NCBI RefSeq assembly: GCF_000171235.2 | Contig: NZ_ABEA03000006.1 | Coordinates: 14,344-38,343, forward strand | DNA length: 24,000 bases | Direction: 5' to 3' | Origin: Geminisphaera colitermitum TAV2 | GTDB lineage: Bacteria > Verrucomicrobiota > Verrucomicrobiia > Opitutales > Opitutaceae | Shown here: piece by piece, positions 22,015-24,000 of the stretch | How positions within the stretch are numbered: the first letter of the stretch is position 1 | How the letters are laid out: each line of letters begins with the position of its first letter | The notes under the pieces: generated by a model | Told to the model about the DNA's origin: nothing | Seen by the model: only the letters and a program-made list of their open reading frames with translations | Databases searched by the model: none | Translations under genes and position numbers: made by a program

Positions 22015-22536
22015 TCATAGTTTTAGTTTTCGTTTCACAATCGGAGAACCGGGGACGTAATGAAGGAACTCGTAGCTTTTTGCCGGGAGGTGTTGGGCGG
22101 CGAGCAAGCCGTTTTCCATGAAGGTCTCAGCCCAAAGCTCCGCCCCTTTTGCTGGTTGGCGGAAAAGGAAAACTTCGGTGAGGTTTTGGCGCATACCGGG
22201 CAGTAAATCGGTGGCGGAATGGCAAAGGACGTAGAGCAAATGCCCGTTGTGCCGGATGCGCGTAAAGAGCCATGACAGCGAGCGATCCCGGTCAATCGTG
22301 GCGGATGCGTCTTCGATCCATACGCAACAATTCCGCGAGCGTTCCACACTCAGGCAAAACCGGTCTTTGTCGTTTGTGACAAAGGAGCCTCGCGGCCATG
22401 CGTTGGTTTCAATTTGAGGATCGAAAACGATGTGCCGCCGCCCTTGCAAAACGGTAATCGCCCCCGCGAGTGAATGCGCGAGGGTGGATTTGCCGCACTC
22501 GGAAGGCCCGGCTATGGCAACGCGAACACTGGCCAT
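22015..22536 (-). CDS. Small P-loop NTPase, candidate genome-packaging ATPase
   Basis: 173 aa. Walker A AIAGPSECGKST, Walker B NCCVWIEDAS. Far too short for a large terminase. Start overlaps the upstream stop (TAATG). Confidence 0.6.
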   Translation of the reverse strand: MASVRVAIAGPSECGKSTLAHSLAGAITVLQGRRHIVFDPQIETNAWPRGSFVTNDKDRFCLSVERSRNCCVWIEDASATIDRDRSLSWLFTRIRHNGHLLYVLCHSATDLLPGMRQNLTEVFLFRQPAKGAELWAETFMENGLLAAQHLPAKSYEFLHYVPGSPIVKRKLKL

Positions 22537-22808
22537 TATTCGGCCCTCCCTTCCGGTTTTGGGGCGGTGTTTTCAGCGTTTAAGATGTGAGGCAGTTGGG
22601 GTCGATAGCTCAGCAAAATGACGATGAAAATGAGGACTAAAACCAGTTTTACCGGGGACCAAGGACCGGGCAAGCAGGCCCAAAAGAGGAAACTGCCTCC
22701 GGCCAAAACCGCGAGCGGATAAAACGTGCAAAGCAGCGTGTAAACGAGCCCGGTAAGCCCGCCAAAGCGGAGAGTGTTATGGGCGTGGAGATTGATGATT
22801 GCATTCAT
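22536..22808 (-). CDS. Small polytopic membrane protein
   Basis: 90 aa with three hydrophobic segments (GLVYTLLCTFYPLAVLAGGSFLFWACL, VKLVLVLIFIVILL). Confidence 0.6.
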   Translation of the reverse strand: MNAIINLHAHNTLRFGGLTGLVYTLLCTFYPLAVLAGGSFLFWACLPGPWSPVKLVLVLIFIVILLSYRPQLPHILNAENTAPKPEGRAE

Positions 22809-22849
22809 TGTGTATTGTATTTTTGGTTACGTGTTGCGGTTGATTGCGG

Positions 22850-23779
22850 TCAAAAAACGGGATTTCCGGTGTTGCGGAACTGGGCCGGGACTTCCGGTGT
22901 GCGCGGCGCGTGTTCGGAAGGAACCGCAACCGGGGATGAGGAAGGGTCCACATGCGGCGTCGCGGGTGTCGCGGTGGCGGTATTTGCGGAAACGGTGCGG
23001 GGGGGGGCGGCGGCGGCAACCGGTTTGGGCTTTTTACCAAACCAGCTTTTCCACCAGCTTGCCAGTTTCGCCGACACACCCGGTTTTTGCGCGGTTGTCT
23101 CCACGTAAAGCCCCCAAAGCATGAGGAGCAAAACCAGCCCGGTTGCGACCCAACCTTTGCGCATGAGGTAAGCGGAGGTGCCGTCAACGAGCGCCTTGTG
23201 TTCCGCTGGTGTGGGGGTGGTTTCTTCCGGGTGTCCTGTGACAAAACCAAGTCCGGCATACGTGAGGCGGCAGACGGATTCAGCGGTTTTTTTTGCCGCA
23301 AGTTCCCGCGCTTCCGGTGTCTGCCCGTCGTCTGTTTTGCCCGGTTCCGTGCCAGAGGCCGTTTCTGTGGCGGTTTCCCCCGGTTCCTGTCCGGGGGCGG
23401 CTCCATTTCCTTTTGGGATAAACAGGTCGCTTTCCGGTGCAGAAACGGTGGTTTGTGCGGTTGTTTGCGCGGGAGAACCGCCCGCGTTTGCGGTGTCCCC
23501 GGTTTTGCGGGGGCGTCCGCCTTTCTGGTTTTTCCACCGTCCGATTTTATCTTTTTCCGGGCGGAATTTTTTGGGGTCAAACTTCCGCCCCAAGCTGTCC
23601 AGTTCGTCCAAGCGGTGGGCGCTTGCCTCGCTTTGTTCACTGGCACCGGTCGGAGCGGAAGAAACGGGTTTGCCGTCAACGGTAGTGGTCGCTTTGGGAG
23701 CACGTGCCAGCGCATCCGCGGCGAGGTTCGTGGCGTCCGTTATAACGGGCGGTTTTGTGTTTTCGGTTTCGATGTCCAT
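22850..23779 (-). CDS. Low-complexity Thr/Ala/Pro/Gly-rich protein with one TM helix
   Basis: 309 aa. Chosen over the two overlapping Arg/Pro-rich frames. Basic segment GRKFDPKKFRPEKDKIGRWKNQKGGRPRK. TM GWVATGLVLLLMLWGLYV. Confidence 0.55.
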   Translation of the reverse strand: MDIETENTKPPVITDATNLAADALARAPKATTTVDGKPVSSAPTGASEQSEASAHRLDELDSLGRKFDPKKFRPEKDKIGRWKNQKGGRPRKTGDTANAGGSPAQTTAQTTVSAPESDLFIPKGNGAAPGQEPGETATETASGTEPGKTDDGQTPEARELAAKKTAESVCRLTYAGLGFVTGHPEETTPTPAEHKALVDGTSAYLMRKGWVATGLVLLLMLWGLYVETTAQKPGVSAKLASWWKSWFGKKPKPVAAAAPPRTVSANTATATPATPHVDPSSSPVAVPSEHAPRTPEVPAQFRNTGNPVF

Positions 23780-23794
23780 AGGTGGAAAAATGGG

Positions 23795-23941
23795 TTAGGG
23801 GAAAAGCGGCGAATTGGCCTTGATGAGCATGAATGCGCTTTCAGCACGCATCCCTTGGCGACGGTAACGGCGGTAACGCTGTATCCGTTTGTATCGGCGT
23901 TTTAATTCACTGCGTTGCTCTCGAATTTCGGCGGTTTTCAT
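23795..23941 (-). CDS. Possible 48-aa Arg-rich protein (not in the ORF track)
   Basis: Read by hand on the minus strand: MKTAEIREQRSELKRRYKRIQRYRRYRRQGMRAESAFMLIKANSPLFP. The stop is 15 nt before the next ATG. Confidence 0.3.
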   Translation of the reverse strand: MKTAEIREQRSELKRRYKRIQRYRRYRRQGMRAESAFMLIKANSPLFP

Positions 23942-24000
23942 GGTCAAAATGGGCAGTTAAACCCCGCACATCCCCTCACATTCGTTACCAAACATTTCCA

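Larger units (their letters stand above)
9995..24000. mobile_element. Integrated prophage at tRNA-Thr (right end beyond window)
   Basis: An integrase abuts and overlaps the tRNA 3' half. Regulatory, lysis, structural and ATPase modules follow. All genes but one are on the minus strand, and composition is visibly less GC-rich than the left 10 kb. Confidence 0.85.

Noticed and set aside
20807-23779. Filamentous (inovirus-like) prophage interpretation
   Set aside because: A small TM protein, a pIII/pVI/pI-like gene order and a P-loop ATPase are suggestive. However, the ATPase lacks the C-terminal TM half of pI/Zot. The element also encodes a 293-aa beta-rich capsid-like protein, several other beta-rich proteins and a full lysis cassette, which inoviruses do not have. 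I keep it only as an alternative for the ATPase module.
22777-23905. Alternative frames 22777..23715 (-) and 22952..23905 (+) overlapping 22850..23779
   Set aside because: Both are dominated by Arg/Pro/Gly/Cys runs. The chosen frame has a coherent TM helix, a sensible start just after the upstream ORF, and compact spacing to the downstream gene.
10059-24000. attR (second copy of the tRNA-Thr 3' segment) inside the window
   Set aside because: I found no second copy of ggttcgactccgaccatcggc by eye, so the element most likely extends beyond 24000. A computational exact or near-exact repeat search should confirm this.

Overview
High-GC bacterial chromosome. The taxon cannot be determined from the sequence; DUF1573 and the poly-Pro/poly-Gly codon runs are reminiscent of the PVC group, but that is a guess.

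Bases 1-9920 are ordinary chromosomal genes:
- the tail of an IS5-family transposase
- a DeoR regulator
- a DUF360 membrane protein
- a TauE/SafE plus DUF1634 pair
- a DUF1573 protein
- TerC, ExoD, polyphosphate glucokinase and SlyD
- a divergent pair made of a DraT-like ADP-ribosyltransferase and an Rsm22-like methyltransferase

Three AT-rich long palindromic elements interrupt this region, and it carries several very long G/C homopolymer tracts.

A tRNA-Thr(CGU) at 9984-10058 is the attachment site of an integrated element that runs past the window end at 24000. Its content, starting at the tRNA, is:
- a tyrosine integrase
- a small divergent regulatory module with an RHH protein
- six translationally coupled envelope/lysis genes
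- a tightly packed minus-strand late operon

The late operon has no terminase, portal, tape-measure or tail genes. It encodes a 293-aa beta-rich protein with two similar halves (candidate double-jelly-roll capsid protein) flanked by small tail-anchored membrane proteins. Vertex-like and fibre-like proteins follow downstream of it. Upstream of the late operon, and separated from it by a terminator and a 10-bp-phased repeat array, lie a Zn-ribbon protein and a 173-aa P-loop ATPase.

My main hypothesis is a tailless, internal-membrane (PM2/corticovirus-like) prophage. All functional calls rest on motifs I can read in the translations; no database search was run.
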